Shown here: positions 28,601 to 41,369 of the stretch, piece by piece | Numbering within the stretch: position 1 is the stretch's first letter | Layout: each line of letters starts with the position of its first letter | Assembly: GCA_038496445.1 (NCBI GenBank) | Contig: JALMLS010000471.1 | Coordinates: forward strand, 124,001 to 188,000 | DNA length: 64,000 nt | Source of the DNA: Trichosphaerium sp. ATCC 40318 | Taxonomy: Eukaryota; Protista; Tubulinea | Direction of reading: 5' to 3' | Position numbers and translations under genes: made by a program | The notes under the pieces: model-generated | The model's input: only the letters and a program-made list of their open reading frames with translations | Databases searched by the model: none | What the model was told of the DNA's origin: nothing

Positions 28601-28678
28601 TAATTTTTACAGCATTTTGTAACAAAGTTGACAACATCGTAAATATTGACAAAAAAAGTTGACAAAGTTACTATCACG
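25678..28678 (-). mobile_element. Mutator-like (MULE) DNA transposon, about 3.0 kb
   Basis: Direct repeat TTCTTTTCG at 25669-25677 and 28679-28687 (TSD); imperfect TIRs GTGACAGGTAATATGTCAAC versus reverse complement GTGATAGTAACTTTGTCAAC; subterminal TGTCAA/TTGACA repeats; internal transposase. Confidence 0.92.
26211..28211 (-). CDS. MULE DDE transposase with introns
   Basis: 'LFVDGTF' (D1), 'LMTDGE' (D2), 'QCIYH' (CxxH), 'FIKYLANTYI', 'RTNNISEGNN' (E); N-terminal 'YYRCKRRGICTAKL' WRKY/FLYWCH-like zinc finger. Confidence 0.9.
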
Positions 28679-28728
28679 TTCTTTTCGGGTTGCCCTATTT
28701 TTCCGCTTGGTAGCATACGTACTACTTC

Positions 28729-30420
28729 ATGCTTGAAGAGAAGTAGCTATCAAATCACAAGGTGTTCATATTGTTGAGCTTGCTGACCGCTGGCACTATC
28801 AAAGGCATCGCTCATATGTAATGCGGTTTGCGGACAAACTTAAAGAAGTTAAAAAGTCAACAACGTTAAGCTTAGCGCATTGTTAAGTGTTATAAGACAG
28901 CTGCGAAATGTTAAAAGCGAGGCTCGGACGAACTGATTCGATAGTTATAGATGTACCACGAGAGTTTGTTCTACTCAGTACAGTTTTAACAGCTCAATTG
29001 GAGCAAATTGAAAGTGGAGAGACAGAAGATGATTTTTTGATTATTTTACAATACGCGAAGGGTTTAAATGGCTTGTGAGTCACCACAACGAATCAATATC
29101 ATCAATCTACGATTCAACTTACAAACTACCTTCTGAAGAGCGTGGTAGGCGCTTAAAAGTCGTACGTCCTAAAGCTGTTACCTTTCCAACGCGTTAAAAC
29201 GTGCTCTAGCCAAACTACAAAACTGACTCTCTCAGAGATATGTCTAATCTTTTTTTGGATAGATAAGCGAAGCAGCTGTTTGTTGTGACTACTTGGACTT
29301 TTCACTATCATCTCTTGCCGAAAACGTTACGCGCATGCTACAGCTCGAGGGGTATGATATTGAAGATAGCTTGATTATGCATTGTTTACCTACATCCTTT
29401 TGTTCGGAAGCTATCCATTCGGCTTGGGAAGGACGTACGTTTTGATTAATTATACGGTATTTCTAACGATGGCAAGGTTGGTTTGGAATACTGAGAAGCC
29501 GTGGGACACGTGAAAAGCACTTAACTTCTTACGGAATAATAAGCATTTATGGGCTCTTTTTTCAAAGCAGTAAACGCTACTGTACAGGTTCTGTAACTTT
29601 TACTTTAAATGTAATTGATTTCATAACACTGGGTGCTATAGACAACTACGCTGGAATCATTGTTGCCTAAGAATATTTAAGGAAACATCTGTTGGATGGA
29701 ACTGCCGAGCTAAACATAGAAATTATAGCAGCTTGTTCTCCATTCTGGAGTGAATTGACAGTGAATGAAATTGTAGAATTGGAAAATCAAGGAGGAGACA
29801 ATAGATGTCTTGGCAATGTCATTACTGACAACATATCATCCTTTGCTCATCTCAAGGGTTTGGTAGAGAAAGTGCAAAGTTCCGACAAAGTGATAGCCAG
29901 AAAAATAAAATGTGACATCATATACAACCTATCTCGTTCGGGAGGAAACAATACTGCCTTAGAACAAGTTATTGAGGTAGTAAAAGATGTGACACCTTCA
30001 CGAACATGGAATATTATTAACACCTCGGTGTTTTCGTGAAGGAGCTTGTAAAAGTGGTGTATTTGTTTTTTAACTTTGTTGTTTTTAGCGAAGCTATTAC
30101 CTGTTCCTTCAAACGCGTTTTCGTTCTCTAGATTACTGATGCGCGTTTTAGCTTCTCTTTCGTAGGAGGCTAATTCATTCGCTATTTATTGTTAGAGATG
30201 TATGAGAGCGATAGAAATGTAGTAGGATTACTGTGTTTGATTAAATTAGCGAACGGTTGGGTTTCCCGTTGATTTCGTTGTACAAGCGCTTGAAGCACTT
30301 GAGTCTTCCACGTAGACATCGTCAGTGGACGTGGAAGCCAATCTATGAATAAAAAAAATAAACGACTTAGACAGCTTGTTAAGGAACCACTAATTTGGTC
30401 TTAGACGCTACATTAGAACT
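28729..30420 (+). pseudogene. Degraded gene with helical region and C-terminal Smr-like motif
   Basis: Residual ORF 29692..30039; 'HVDIVSGRGSQS...KRLRQLVKE' near 30310 resembles the Smr 'IxTGRGxHS' motif; many stops. Confidence 0.35.
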
Positions 30421-31741
30421 GTTTAGCGCAAATAGTTGTCCTAGTAGACTAGGTACGAATACTGTTTCTTATGAAGTGCACGTGACTTTTCTTTGTTTTA
30501 CACCAAGCGTCATGCATGTAGTTTTGATAAGTCGCTGTCTATTGTCGTACCAGTGTATTGTCTGGTGCCTTTAAGGGTCTAAAACTTCGTACTTTCAAAG
30601 TCAAGCTGTTTATTTTTAACTTATCTGGAAGTACATCTGGTTGAGGTCACGACCCGAAAACAACGCTGCATGCAGAAGCTATTAAAGCCATCATCTAGGA
30701 ATGCCTTCAGAGGTCCGATATGAAGGGCATGGTATTAAAGTAGCCTAAATCTTGTGGTAAGGATTTACATCAAAAAATAGATTTAAACCTAAGTACAGTT
30801 AGGTACAATTCTGTGCGGATGAGAAGGAGAAAAAATGTTAAGACGGGAAGAATTGAAGTACTAAACGACCTCCCGAAAACAAACGTAAACATAACGTCTA
30901 TAGTGATTCCACAAGTTACAAGATGAAAGTCAGCAAAGGTTTAACTTGTCAATTCAAATAGGCACGCTACTTTTTTCAAAACAATGCAACCAAGGGCTCG
31001 CTTTAAACATTGTCTAATGTTGAAGCTTGTTGTACAAAGCCCGTTGAGTATTCATTGGGTGCTGTTATGTAAACAGCTTTGTATATCGTTGCGTTAGTGT
31101 GGTATTGTTTGAGCTTTCTTGGTACACCAAAAGGTAACATAAAATTCGGCTACGGAAAGTCGTCCGTAATTTAGTTATTTGGTGCTATTGCAGGGCAAAC
31201 CGACCTTAGAAGAACGTAGTTAGAGCAAAGCATCTGCGGGTGGAACGTTCGTAGCAACAACAGTACCGGATAGCACGACCGCAACAGCTTGATCTAATTA
31301 TTTTGAAGAAATTGCTCTCCTGACAGTGTTTAGAAGCTTTTGTAACATCGTGCCAGATGCAACCTTCGTTGTAGAAAACATACGAGGAGTTTTTGCGAAC
31401 GGAGCAAACCGTTATGTCAAGCAATGTGTACGTTAAACATTCTATTTGTCAAAACACCTTTTACATTGTACCCAACAGCTTGTACATCAATAAACGACGG
31501 AGTCTTAGCCTGTACTTTTTGTTTTTGAGGATTCTTTAATGTTCACAAGATAAACTCACCTGCATGAAAGAATGAAAACATGCTGGATGTAAGATAAATG
31601 ATGGCTTCTTTACTGGCAATGGAAGGCTAGTTTTGTAGGAAAAAAACAGGAATAGTAATTGACACAAAGTCACGAATCACGAGGAACTTGAAGTGAAAGG
31701 TGAAACGCTCTTACTCACTCACTGAGTGAACGGTTGCATAT

Positions 31742-34128
31742 TTATTCAACAAAAGGACCCCAGTATCCGTTATACTTGCCAAGAGCATCTTCACATGCTT
31801 TTGGTGATACCTTACCTCTGCGAGGGCTAAATACTGATGCTTGAGCTGTTTTTAGGTGGGCATGCATTTCAGCAAGTACTGTAGGTTCCTGACTTGCCAG
31901 ATTAACGTGTTCAGTTGGATCTTTAAATCAAAGTCAGTCAAAATTGAACGAATTGTCGTTTACCATTCTTAATATTGAAGAGGCAACCGCCGGTTCCACA
32001 TGGCAGATGGTGGGCTTCTGATTGCCAGTCTGTAGTAATGTTAGGGTACTGTGGACCCGTCCAAGAATCTTGACTTATTGCACCAACAAGGAGCTATAAA
32101 ATTTAGTTCATTACTTTACTAAAGTAGCTGTTACCTTCCATTCTCCAACTATTATGCCGTTAACTATTGTAGGTGTCATACTACCAACATGCGAGGGAGG
32201 ATCTGGACTTCCCAGGGGAATTATATTACGTGGACTTGTCGTAGTTTGTCCGGATAAAAGAGGCCACATGTTGAAGGAGTCGATTGGAGGTAATTTTGCT
32301 ATACAAAGCTTAGAAAAGACTAATGACTTAATGTTACAGTTACCTTTAGCAGCTTTTTCATCCGTAGGATCAACACCTGCTATAGCACAGAATGTAGCAT
32401 ACCAATCCCATCCACATATGTATCCTTCTTCCTTAGTTCCTCTTCGTTCTTTTGGAATCTACTTTGTTTAAACAATAGTACAGAATCTCGAGAATTTGAT
32501 TTTGTATGCGTACTAGACCTCCAGATACAAAGGCGTTGACTCTTACGCCTCCTTCAAAATTACTCAACTTTCCTCCTCTGAGTGGCCAATTATTACCTCC
32601 AGCAGAACCTTACAAGGTGTTAAAATCAAGCTAGAAAAAAAGACCAGTGTGTTGTTTTTACCATTGTTATAGATTGGTCCTCCGTTATCTGATGACATTA
32701 CAATCAATGTATCTTCAAACATTCCTTTTTCTTTTAGCTTATCTACTATCATACCAATACGGGAATCAATAAAGTTTACCATAGCCTGTTTAAATGTCAC
32801 AATACGAAACTACAGGGAAGAGAAAGATCGCGCACGTGGTACATTTGTCTTGGTTTTTTGTCGATAAACGAGAACTTGTCGACGTACTCTTGAGGTACCT
32901 TTGAGTATATTGGTGAATAAAGGCATTCTTAAATCATGGTATATTACCTGTAGAGGTTCGTGAATAGAGTGAGGTGCCCAGAATAGGAAGAGAGGGGTTG
33001 AAGGATCATGATTATCCACAACGTCAAAAACATATTGTTCAAATAACTGATCTTCGTAAACGCAATCGCTTGCTTGATTACTCTGACTGCATGTTTTTGG
33101 ATTAGTAAGTGCACGTGCTGGCTCATCGGTATGCCACAAATCTACAATATCTTCGTTTGAACACCGACTAATGTTATACCTGCAGTACCATTAGGAATAA
33201 CACGTGTAACAAAGTTGCAAATATCTACTCAAAAAGCCGCCGACTCTTTTTTTTACACAAGAACGTACTTCCAGTAGTCGTTATCGTGGTGAAAGTAATG
33301 AAGACTTGTTTGATATCCTCTTCCACGAGGAGAATGGTCAGGTGTTGCCTACATTGTAGAAGTTAAATTCAAAAGTTTGTACTTGTACGAAGCTATACCA
33401 TGCCAGCGTCCCTAGGATCGTTTAACAGTTTGATACTTATGAACTATTCCGTACCATTTCCCCGCCATGTGAGTAGCATAACCGGCACTCTTCATCTTTT
33501 CAGCAATGCCCGTCATGTTCCTTGGAATGCCTTGAAAACCAGAAACAGGATCGGTAGCATTGTAGAAGGTTGGTGGGATATTTAACACATTGACGTGGAT
33601 AGGATTTCTTCCTGATTGTATAGCAGAACGGGTTGGAGAGCAGTACTATGTCAATTGGTTTATCAAAAGCAAGAAGAAAAACATGTGCGCAAAAAAAAAG
33701 AAAAGCATCGGAAAAGTAGGGCGAAAAGTAACATACCTTGAACACGTAATGTCTATCTAATTCTATGCCTTCAGCAACTAATGCATCCATGTTAGGTGTC
33801 TGAACCTCTTTAGTGGGTGGGTCCCTATTAGTATGACGTTAGCCTTTGACATGATAAAGTGCTAGCTCGCTGGTAATAACAAATCTTTGTAAAAAACAGC
33901 AGGTAAGAAACTACTAAAAGTTGCCCAACGTTTGGTTTTGGAAAGGGTTTTTTGGAAAGGGTCACAAGAAAAATCCGTTTTGATAAAACACTACTGTACG
34001 TACCTGTGGTAACCAACATTGGCCCAACCGTAGTCGTCTATCAAAATGAATACCACGTGCGGTTTTGGAGGCTTTTGAGCATAAATTGACAATACCACCA
34101 GTGCTAATAGAACTAGTACGACACGCAT
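31742..34128 (-). CDS. Secreted arylsulfatase (S1 family, ARSB-like), multi-exon
   Basis: Signal peptide MRVVLVLLALVVLSIYA; 'PHVVFILIDDYGW'; formylglycine motif 'CSPTRSAIQSGR'; 'GYATHMAGKW'; 'MSSDNGGP'; 'NFEGGVRV'; ends 'YWGPFVE*'. Confidence 0.93.
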
Positions 34129-34138
34129 TTTTTTTTTG

Positions 34139-35693
34139 ATTCCGCGATTGCTTGTGCTGTGTTCGAAAAGGTCGATTGATTTTCACGCTTAAGTCCAAGC
34201 TATTCAAAATCGTTTTATTTGCTGAATAACGGTAAGGTATATTGATCTACACATTTTCAAATTATACTCACATGATAATCAATCTGGAGTTAGGGAAACG
34301 TTCTACAATAATTTACTGCTTAATATCAATCAAAAGCTAGGGATAAAAGTTCTATTTTTTTTAGCGATTGATCAGTTGGCACTTGAGGTGCAGTAACGCT
34401 GCTTGATGATTGATATAGCCTCAAGTGTGTTCATATGATTACATACTAGTTCTTGTTAGACACAACCTTGCTCTGGTAGCAAGGTTTGTCGTCAATCTAC
34501 CTCACAGAATTATATATCAGTGGTATTTATTTCTTGCTGGGGATGCTCATATACACCGCTAACGTACTGTGCAAGGTGCTGACATCTTGTTAATTATCAA
34601 ATACTGCATAACAAAAAATGTAGAGATCTAATAGTAGGTTGGAACTTTGTTTTTGGCTCTATTCGCGGAAAGAAATGTAAGGCCTTGAGTTACTTGGAGC
34701 AATAATGGATAATGGTAAAATTTACTACTGGTACAACTTGCACTGAACACTGAGAATACACTGAAACAGAAAAGAATAAATTAAACAATATTGAGTAGAT
34801 ACTCTTGAAATCTCTTTGTTCCAGATATAACAGAATATCTACACTTGATTTGAACCACAATTCTACTGCTGCAAAAGTCTCCGTTTAACTGGTATTGTCC
34901 GTTTCAGTCAAGCTGGGCATTAACATGTGAGTTTTGAAATAAAGGAAATAAATTACATCCTGACCACTCCTGCATATCCAAATCATGAATTTCTGTGGCG
35001 TTTCAATTGAGCAAGCGATTAAATACTATAGTGAGAACCACAAAGAAGCTTACAATAACCTTGTTGTTGAACAACCTCAAATATTCGTAAAACACATGAA
35101 AAGGATTCTAGATCTCTCAAATACGCGTCTTGTACAACAACTTGATGATTTTATTCTGAAATCAAAGGATACCATCGCTGATAGGACAACTAAAGCGACC
35201 AATGTAACTTCATCACAACGGCGTCTGAATACGAAAATCTCCTTATAATTCCAGTACAAATCCAAAGAAAAGTCCTTAAGAAATCCTTCAAGAATTTCAA
35301 TGTAAATCCTTTGAAAATTCCAATGTAAATTCTTAAAGAATTCCATACAAATTCCAAGGGAACTAAGGAAGAGTTTTTCCGGAAAAAAATCCTTAGGAAA
35401 AATTAAAGGAATCCTTTATAAATCCCATTTTGATTTTACTACTGCTGCTCAATGTCGCCACTGTAAGAGGTCCGGTAGTCCGAGTGATAGGGATAAAGGT
35501 AAGGTTTATTATACGTCTTAATTACATGACTTAAGTACAAATATAGCATCCTTACATTCCGCGATTGCTTGTGCTGTGTTCGAAAAGGTCGATTGATTTT
35601 CACGCTTAAGTCCAAGCTATTCAAAATCGTTTTATTTGCTGAATAACGGTAAGGTATATTGATCTACACATTTTCAAATTATACTCACATGAT
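34139..35693. repeat. 138-bp exact direct repeat (34139-34276 and 35556-35693) flanking a 1.28-kb segment
   Basis: ATTCCGCGATTGCTTG...TACTCACATGAT is identical in both copies. Confidence 0.9.
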
Positions 35694-36500
35694 TTCTTTC
35701 CAATTCGCAAACAGTACGAAATGCCAAAACAGTGTTTGTTACTTACGGAAATTAAACAAGGCACTAGTAACAGCGCACAAAGAACAAACAGATATTCTTG
35801 ATCTCCCAGCCGAAGTAATTTCAAGCATTTTAAATCAAACACGTGGGATTTCAAGATTCGCTGTTGCTCAATCATGTCGTGTGATGGCTGATATCATTCA
35901 CGATATTGTTGGATATGAGAAAGTGTGTCTCTCTTCAGCAAAAGATGTTTTGAGGATTCGAGAGTACAATGGCATCAAGAAAAACAGTGTGATTAGCCTG
36001 ACATGCACACAGACACTGACCGCTCTTCTCAATGGCTGCCGCAAAGTTAGTTTATCTCGTAGGCTTGATGTCACCCCAGCCGATATAGAAGCACTTGCAG
36101 GTGTTCATACAATTGATTTATCTGAGTGTCCACGTGTTAACAATAACTATATCAAAGCATTAAAAGGTGTTCATACCATATATATTACTGATGAAGGTAT
36201 CAAAGCATTGAAAGACGTTCATAGCATTTGCCTTTATGGAACTTCAGTTACAGATGAAGGCATTAAAGTGCTAAAAGATGTTCATACAATCAACCTGTCG
36301 TACAAGAGTCACAGATGAGGTGTCAGAGCATTAAGTGGAGTTCATACTATTTTTCTTATAGCTAATTCAGTGACAGATGAAGGTTCAAGGCACTAAAAAA
36401 TGTGCACAAAATTAGCCTTTTCAACTGTCAACTAGTTACATCATGAAGGCATCAAAGCATTAAAAGATGTTCATACTATTTCACTACCTTTGATGTTACT
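35689..36500 (+). pseudogene. Intronless F-box/LRR gene with 3' frameshifts
   Basis: 'ILDLPAEVISSIL' F-box; GVHTIDL-type LRRs; LRR-coding sequence continues out of frame after 36318. Confidence 0.75.
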
Positions 36501-37290
36501 AAGGTTCCAACAATCCAGTTCTTTTGGGTTGCCTTAAAGTACAGAATATGATCTAGTTTTTACTACTTTACTAATTCCTGTTTAGAGTAGGGATGATACA
36601 GGGTCAAATTGAAGCTTACAAAGAAACTTTATGAGGAGTTTATCAACGCTACACCAACGTATTTGGATATTCCATTCATATCAGTACCTGAAAGTATTCA
36701 GCCTGCTATATTGGCAGCATGGAGAGCAAAGTGGAGACAGAAGGAACATTTGTACGGTTTAAACTGGTACGTCGGGGTTTTTCTGTCAACATATCTGACA
36801 ATTAATTGTAGGGGAATTTTGGATACGCTCAATTTAGCATACATATAGTACTAAAACTATAAGCTTACCGATTTCTTGTGAGTCTTATGGTAAAGAGCTC
36901 AGCCTTGTAATAAGTTCATAACAGGATACCACTTGTATTCACATACGTGCTTTTAAGTCCAACTGTGTTCTTGTTTGTCTTGTTCCTATGTCGATTATGC
37001 TCTAAAAATACATTTGATTTCTTAGTCTTTTTTTTTAAGCCGAAAGGCCCACAATATCGGACGCACGCGCTACAGAAATCGAGTAAAGTAATAGTAAAAC
37101 GACATAAAAACTGTGAGCTAACATCAGTAGTGTATACCTCAAGTGTTATTTGGTGGGCGTGTTTAAGTGTGTTGACTTCTTCGTTTCATAGTTTTTTCGC
37201 TTTATTGTTTCTGTTTTTACCTTGCGCACGTGGAACTTAGCATTCCGAGACTATTTTTGGATTTGATTATCTTCATTAACGCCAAACGAA

Positions 37291-38138
37291 ATGTCTACAG
37301 AGTTTCGAGGATCCATAAATCAAGGAGCATCATTACAGTTACCACCAGAGACATTAGCACATGTTTTTAGTTTTTTATGCAAAAGCCAACGCATCAAGGC
37401 TTCTATAGTCTCCCATTTGTTTAATGACATTATTCGCCATGTTGTTGGATTAAACGAGCTACTTTTGAGATCATCAGTAGATTGTCGATTTCTAAAGGGA
37501 AGTCCCTTGCTAAAGAGCACGGGTATTTACTTTGGCATTAGACTCAAACTATCAACAGACGACTTAGCTTGCCTTCAGGGCGTTCACACGGTTAGCTTTA
37601 CAAGTACAACTATAATTGACGAAGGTGTCCTTGCGTTAGTTCCAGGAGGAGAACATAACATCCACACGATAGACTTGGGATTCACAGATATAACAGACGT
37701 TTCATTGAAAGCTCTCAAAGGCGTCCACACGATTGATGTTTGGGGTTGTTCGAAAATTACAGTTGAAGGCATTAAGGCACTCAAAGGAGTTCACGAAATT
37801 ACACTTGGAAACCCAGACAACTCATGGCTCAAACACCTAAATAATGTACACACGTTCATCTATTTGGTCGTCAAGTGCGTGATGAAGGCATCAAAGAACT
37901 GACAAATGTTAGAAATCTACAGTTAACACGTACAGTAAACATTACAGACTCAGCCTTTAAGAACTTGGTAAATCTCGAACATCTTAGATTGTTGGATTGT
38001 TATAAGATAACAAACTCTTGTTTACAGTATTTGACATCTTTAAAAAGTGTTGAAATCGTTAGAGGTACTAAGATAACAAAACAAGCTGTTGAAACATTAG
38101 GTATAAAATGGGTTAAATCAAAAATACATATACGTTAA
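37291..38138 (+). CDS. Intronless F-box/LRR gene with one frameshift near 37855 (pseudogene or sequencing error)
   Basis: 'LPPETLAHVFSFL' F-box; LRRs continue in overlapping ORF 37875..38138. Confidence 0.7.
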
Positions 38139-38319
38139 ATAAACAGGTTGTAAATAAGCGGAGACATTTATGTAATATCACTGAATTCAGGTTTGACCTT
38201 ACAGATCGCTTCTTTTGTTAGCGCTAAAACTAGTTTTTCGATATTTGTGGAGCAAAAAATCACGTGCTTGTTAATATTAGGTCAAACCCTTCAATGAATT
38301 TTATTGTAAGATTCTTCAG

Positions 38320-38558
38320 GGGCTATAGTTTTGTCCGAATTTTCCGAAAACAAAAATTCGAAAGTGTAGAAAGATGCAGTCCACTAAACTAGAAAGCGCC
38401 TGGTTCACTTACGGTCGGGTCCTCGCTGTGCTCGGAACTAGAACCCCACCTTCGCTCACATATAGTGATCCATTGGTGGGTATAGGCATTCGGTTTTTGT
38501 ATCGAATTCTATTTTTTCGAATTTTCTCTTTCGAAAAATTCGGAAAAACGTGGGTACG
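38320..38558. mobile_element. MITE-like element, about 239 bp
   Basis: TTCTTCAG direct repeat at 38312-38319 and 38559-38566; subterminal inverted repeats 'GTTTTGTCCGAATTTTCCGAAAACAAAAATTCGAAA' and 'TTTCGAATTTTCTCTTTCGAAAAATTCGGAAAAAC'. Confidence 0.7.
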
Positions 38559-38682
38559 TTCTTCAGTCACCTTCAATAGTATTCGTAACGAAACACTCGT
38601 AATTGATTATAATCTTATCATACTTTATTACCGTATCGACAAAATACTCTACAACGGTTTAATACTCAATGTACATAAAAAT

Positions 38683-39708
38683 ATGAACTCAAATAGCTCA
38701 TTCTTTGATGAGATACCCATTGAAGTAGTAGTTAACATTCTACAATTTGTTTCCGAGCTTTCTATTCATTCATTTGTCTGTACATCATATTTACTATTCG
38801 ATATAGCAACACAACACTTGGGATACGTAAATAAGATTGTACTAGAAAAGAGAAAACAGCTGAAAAAAATATTCAACAAGTTCCATCATTTAATCAAGAC
38901 AGCAACAATTCATATTCAGTTTCGTCTCAAACAAAGTGACTTAAAGTACCTCAATGGCGCTTATGCTCTCCAACTCAGAAATGTTAAGAAGAATATTGAT
39001 TTCACAAACTTTAAAGTTATTAATGGTATTACCTTTACGCCTAGTAATGGTAGTAATGGTGATATAAATGATGATCATCTGTTGCAACTTGCTGGAATAC
39101 ATAAAATAGGATTGTCTTTTTCTTTTGTAACAGATTATGGTATTAAAGCATTATCTGGGGTTCATACAATTGATTTAACCGGTTGTGACATAACAGATGA
39201 TGGTGTTAAAGCATTAGCTGGAGTTCATACAATTCATTTATGCAGTTGTCAATACATTACAGATGATGGTGTTAAATCATTGGCTGGAGTTCATACAATT
39301 GGTTTAGCTTGCTGTAAGATTACAGATGATGGAATTAAGGCATTGGCTGGTGTGTATGAGATTGATTTAACCTGGTGTTTACAAATTACAGATGATGGTG
39401 TTAAAGCATTGGCTGGAGTTCATACAATTGATTTAAGTGGCTGTACTCAGATTACAGACAATGGGTTCAAAGCATTGGCTGGAGTTCACACAATTAATTT
39501 AAGCAGTTGTGATGACCTTACAGATGATGGTGTTAAATCATTGGCTGGAGTTCATACAATTGGTTTAGCTTGCTGTAAGATTACAGATGACGGAATTAAG
39601 GCATTGGTTGGTGTTCACTCAATTGATGTAAGTTATTGCCCTCTTGTTACACAAGCTGGTCTCAAAGTACTAGCTGGCACAAAATACATTCGTAACAGCC
39701 ATTCTTGA
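38683..39708 (+). CDS. Intact intronless F-box/LRR protein
   Basis: 'FDEIPIEVVVNILQFV' F-box; about 9 LRRs 'LAGVHTIDLSGCTQITDNGFKA'; likely ATG at 38683. Confidence 0.88.
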   Translation: MNSNSSFFDEIPIEVVVNILQFVSELSIHSFVCTSYLLFDIATQHLGYVNKIVLEKRKQLKKIFNKFHHLIKTATIHIQFRLKQSDLKYLNGAYALQLRNVKKNIDFTNFKVINGITFTPSNGSNGDINDDHLLQLAGIHKIGLSFSFVTDYGIKALSGVHTIDLTGCDITDDGVKALAGVHTIHLCSCQYITDDGVKSLAGVHTIGLACCKITDDGIKALAGVYEIDLTWCLQITDDGVKALAGVHTIDLSGCTQITDNGFKALAGVHTINLSSCDDLTDDGVKSLAGVHTIGLACCKITDDGIKALVGVHSIDVSYCPLVTQAGLKVLAGTKYIRNSHS

Positions 39709-40189
39709 CAGAGATAACTTAATTGGTAGCAGTTCCTACACAAACCAAGAATGTGCAGAACTATTATTTGTCAAGTGATACAATGCAACAAAAAGAGAAA
39801 CACCAAGTCTCATAGTTATGCGTAGGTTTAATTATGAAACAACAGCAAAGAGAAATTACTACATCCAACATTAAATATGCTTCATTGAAAGTACTTTAAC
39901 TTGTTGTTAAGTCAGTGGAGTTGACATTGAAATTGAGTTATTACAATTTAACAATAAACCACTTTTCAAAAAAAGGTACCTCCTGATAAGTACAAGCACG
40001 TGAATTTCTGGTCCTACCCTCATATAAAGTCTACTCCATAAGTAGTACATCGCTAGGCTAGTTTGTGTACGCTAGTGGGTTGCCTGTATGCACAGACCAT
40101 CTCGAAAACTAGCTTTTGTGCTAACAAAAAAATTAGCGCTATTTCAGGTCAAACTCGGTCCTGTAGTTATTTAAAGACTATCACACGCT

Positions 40190-40892
40190 ATGTCACTAGA
40201 TCACGATAGCTTGATAATAATATTCAGCTATATAGAGCCAAATGAGCTCCTTTTAGCTTCGATTGTCAATAAACACTGGAATATGGTTGCTACAAGCAAC
40301 GATATGCGTAAAACTTTACATATATGGCCTGTTGTTCTAAAAAAGACTTCAACGAGTTGGCTTTGCTCTTACGCCCATTATTATTCAATGCTCTTTTATG
40401 ATCATAGCTCCGAAGCTGTTTACTACCGTTTAACTCGAGATCTCAAAGAAAGTGCAAGGCAAACTTTCTTTATAACACTTAACAGAGACGGAACCTTTGT
40501 ATACAATACATATATAGACATGAACTGGCACACGGGTACCATTACTAAAGGTATCAGGAGATAAATACCTCACAGTGCTACTAGTAGTTATGGAATTCTT
40601 GAAATACTAATTAAAAAAAATAGGCACGTGGATATTGTCAAGGAATAAAAAAGGGTGGGCAGTAAAAACTCATGAAAAGGAAACAAGAGATGAAGTGGAT
40701 TACTGGGATAGCGAAGAAGATTTTTCTGAGAATGAAGCTGATACAAAAGAGCCTGAAGTTTTCAATAAATGTAATAATCACGTGACCTATACAGCCGTGA
40801 TAGATGAGAATAATGAAAGAGTTATGGGATTGATAGTGCCTTTAAAAAAGAAAGACAAAGACAAAGTTGTAATGAAAAAAAGCACATACTAG
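40190..40892 (+). CDS. F-box protein (2 exons)
   Basis: 'LDHDSLIIIFSYIEPNELLLASIVNKHWNMVA' F-box; intron about 40550-40623. Confidence 0.75.
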
Positions 40893-41369
40893 TAAAATTG
40901 CAACTCAGTACTCTACAACAATAGTCAATATTTCCAAAAGTGATAAGGCAACTATGTCGGTTTCTTGTAAGTATTACTATATTTACTGCTTTCGTTTGCT
41001 TCACGAGGCTGCTGAGAGTATAGTAAAGTTGGAACTGTAAGTTCTTTGGATGCTGGATATACAAGGAATCTACATTACAAAACACTTATGCTGCTTCTAA
41101 TAAGCACAATAGAGTAGTGCCAAATATGAAATAAAACCACCCAACAATGGTACCAAATAGATTCATACGATTAATCACAATTTCAAACATCTCACCTGTA
41201 CTGACATTAACAAAACAGTTCATAAAAAAACGCTGCAGGGAAACAAACCGGAACCCAACAAGAACTTATTTAAACAGAACTTTAAAGAAAGGCTCTAAAT
41301 ATTACATGTGTAAAAAAGCATTTATATTAAAGCCAGCTTATGTCAATAGCAATAAGACTACAACACTTC

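Noticed and set aside
30420-31700. Coding-like sequence between the Smr-like remnant and the sulfatase
   Set aside because: Too degraded to assign; no coherent spliced frame found.
38193-38290. TTGACCTTACAG resembling the start of Dictyostelium Class I RNAs
   Set aside because: The match is short, the following bases differ, and a related inverted copy near 40100-40155 favours a TE terminus.
38374-38682. N-terminal 103 aa of the 444-aa ORF
   Set aside because: Runs through the MITE; the F-box starts just after the ATG at 38683, as in the paralogs.
39120-39680. Regular repeats of about 66-69 bp suggesting a CRISPR-like array
   Set aside because: In-frame LRR coding repeats with no unique spacers; eukaryotic context.
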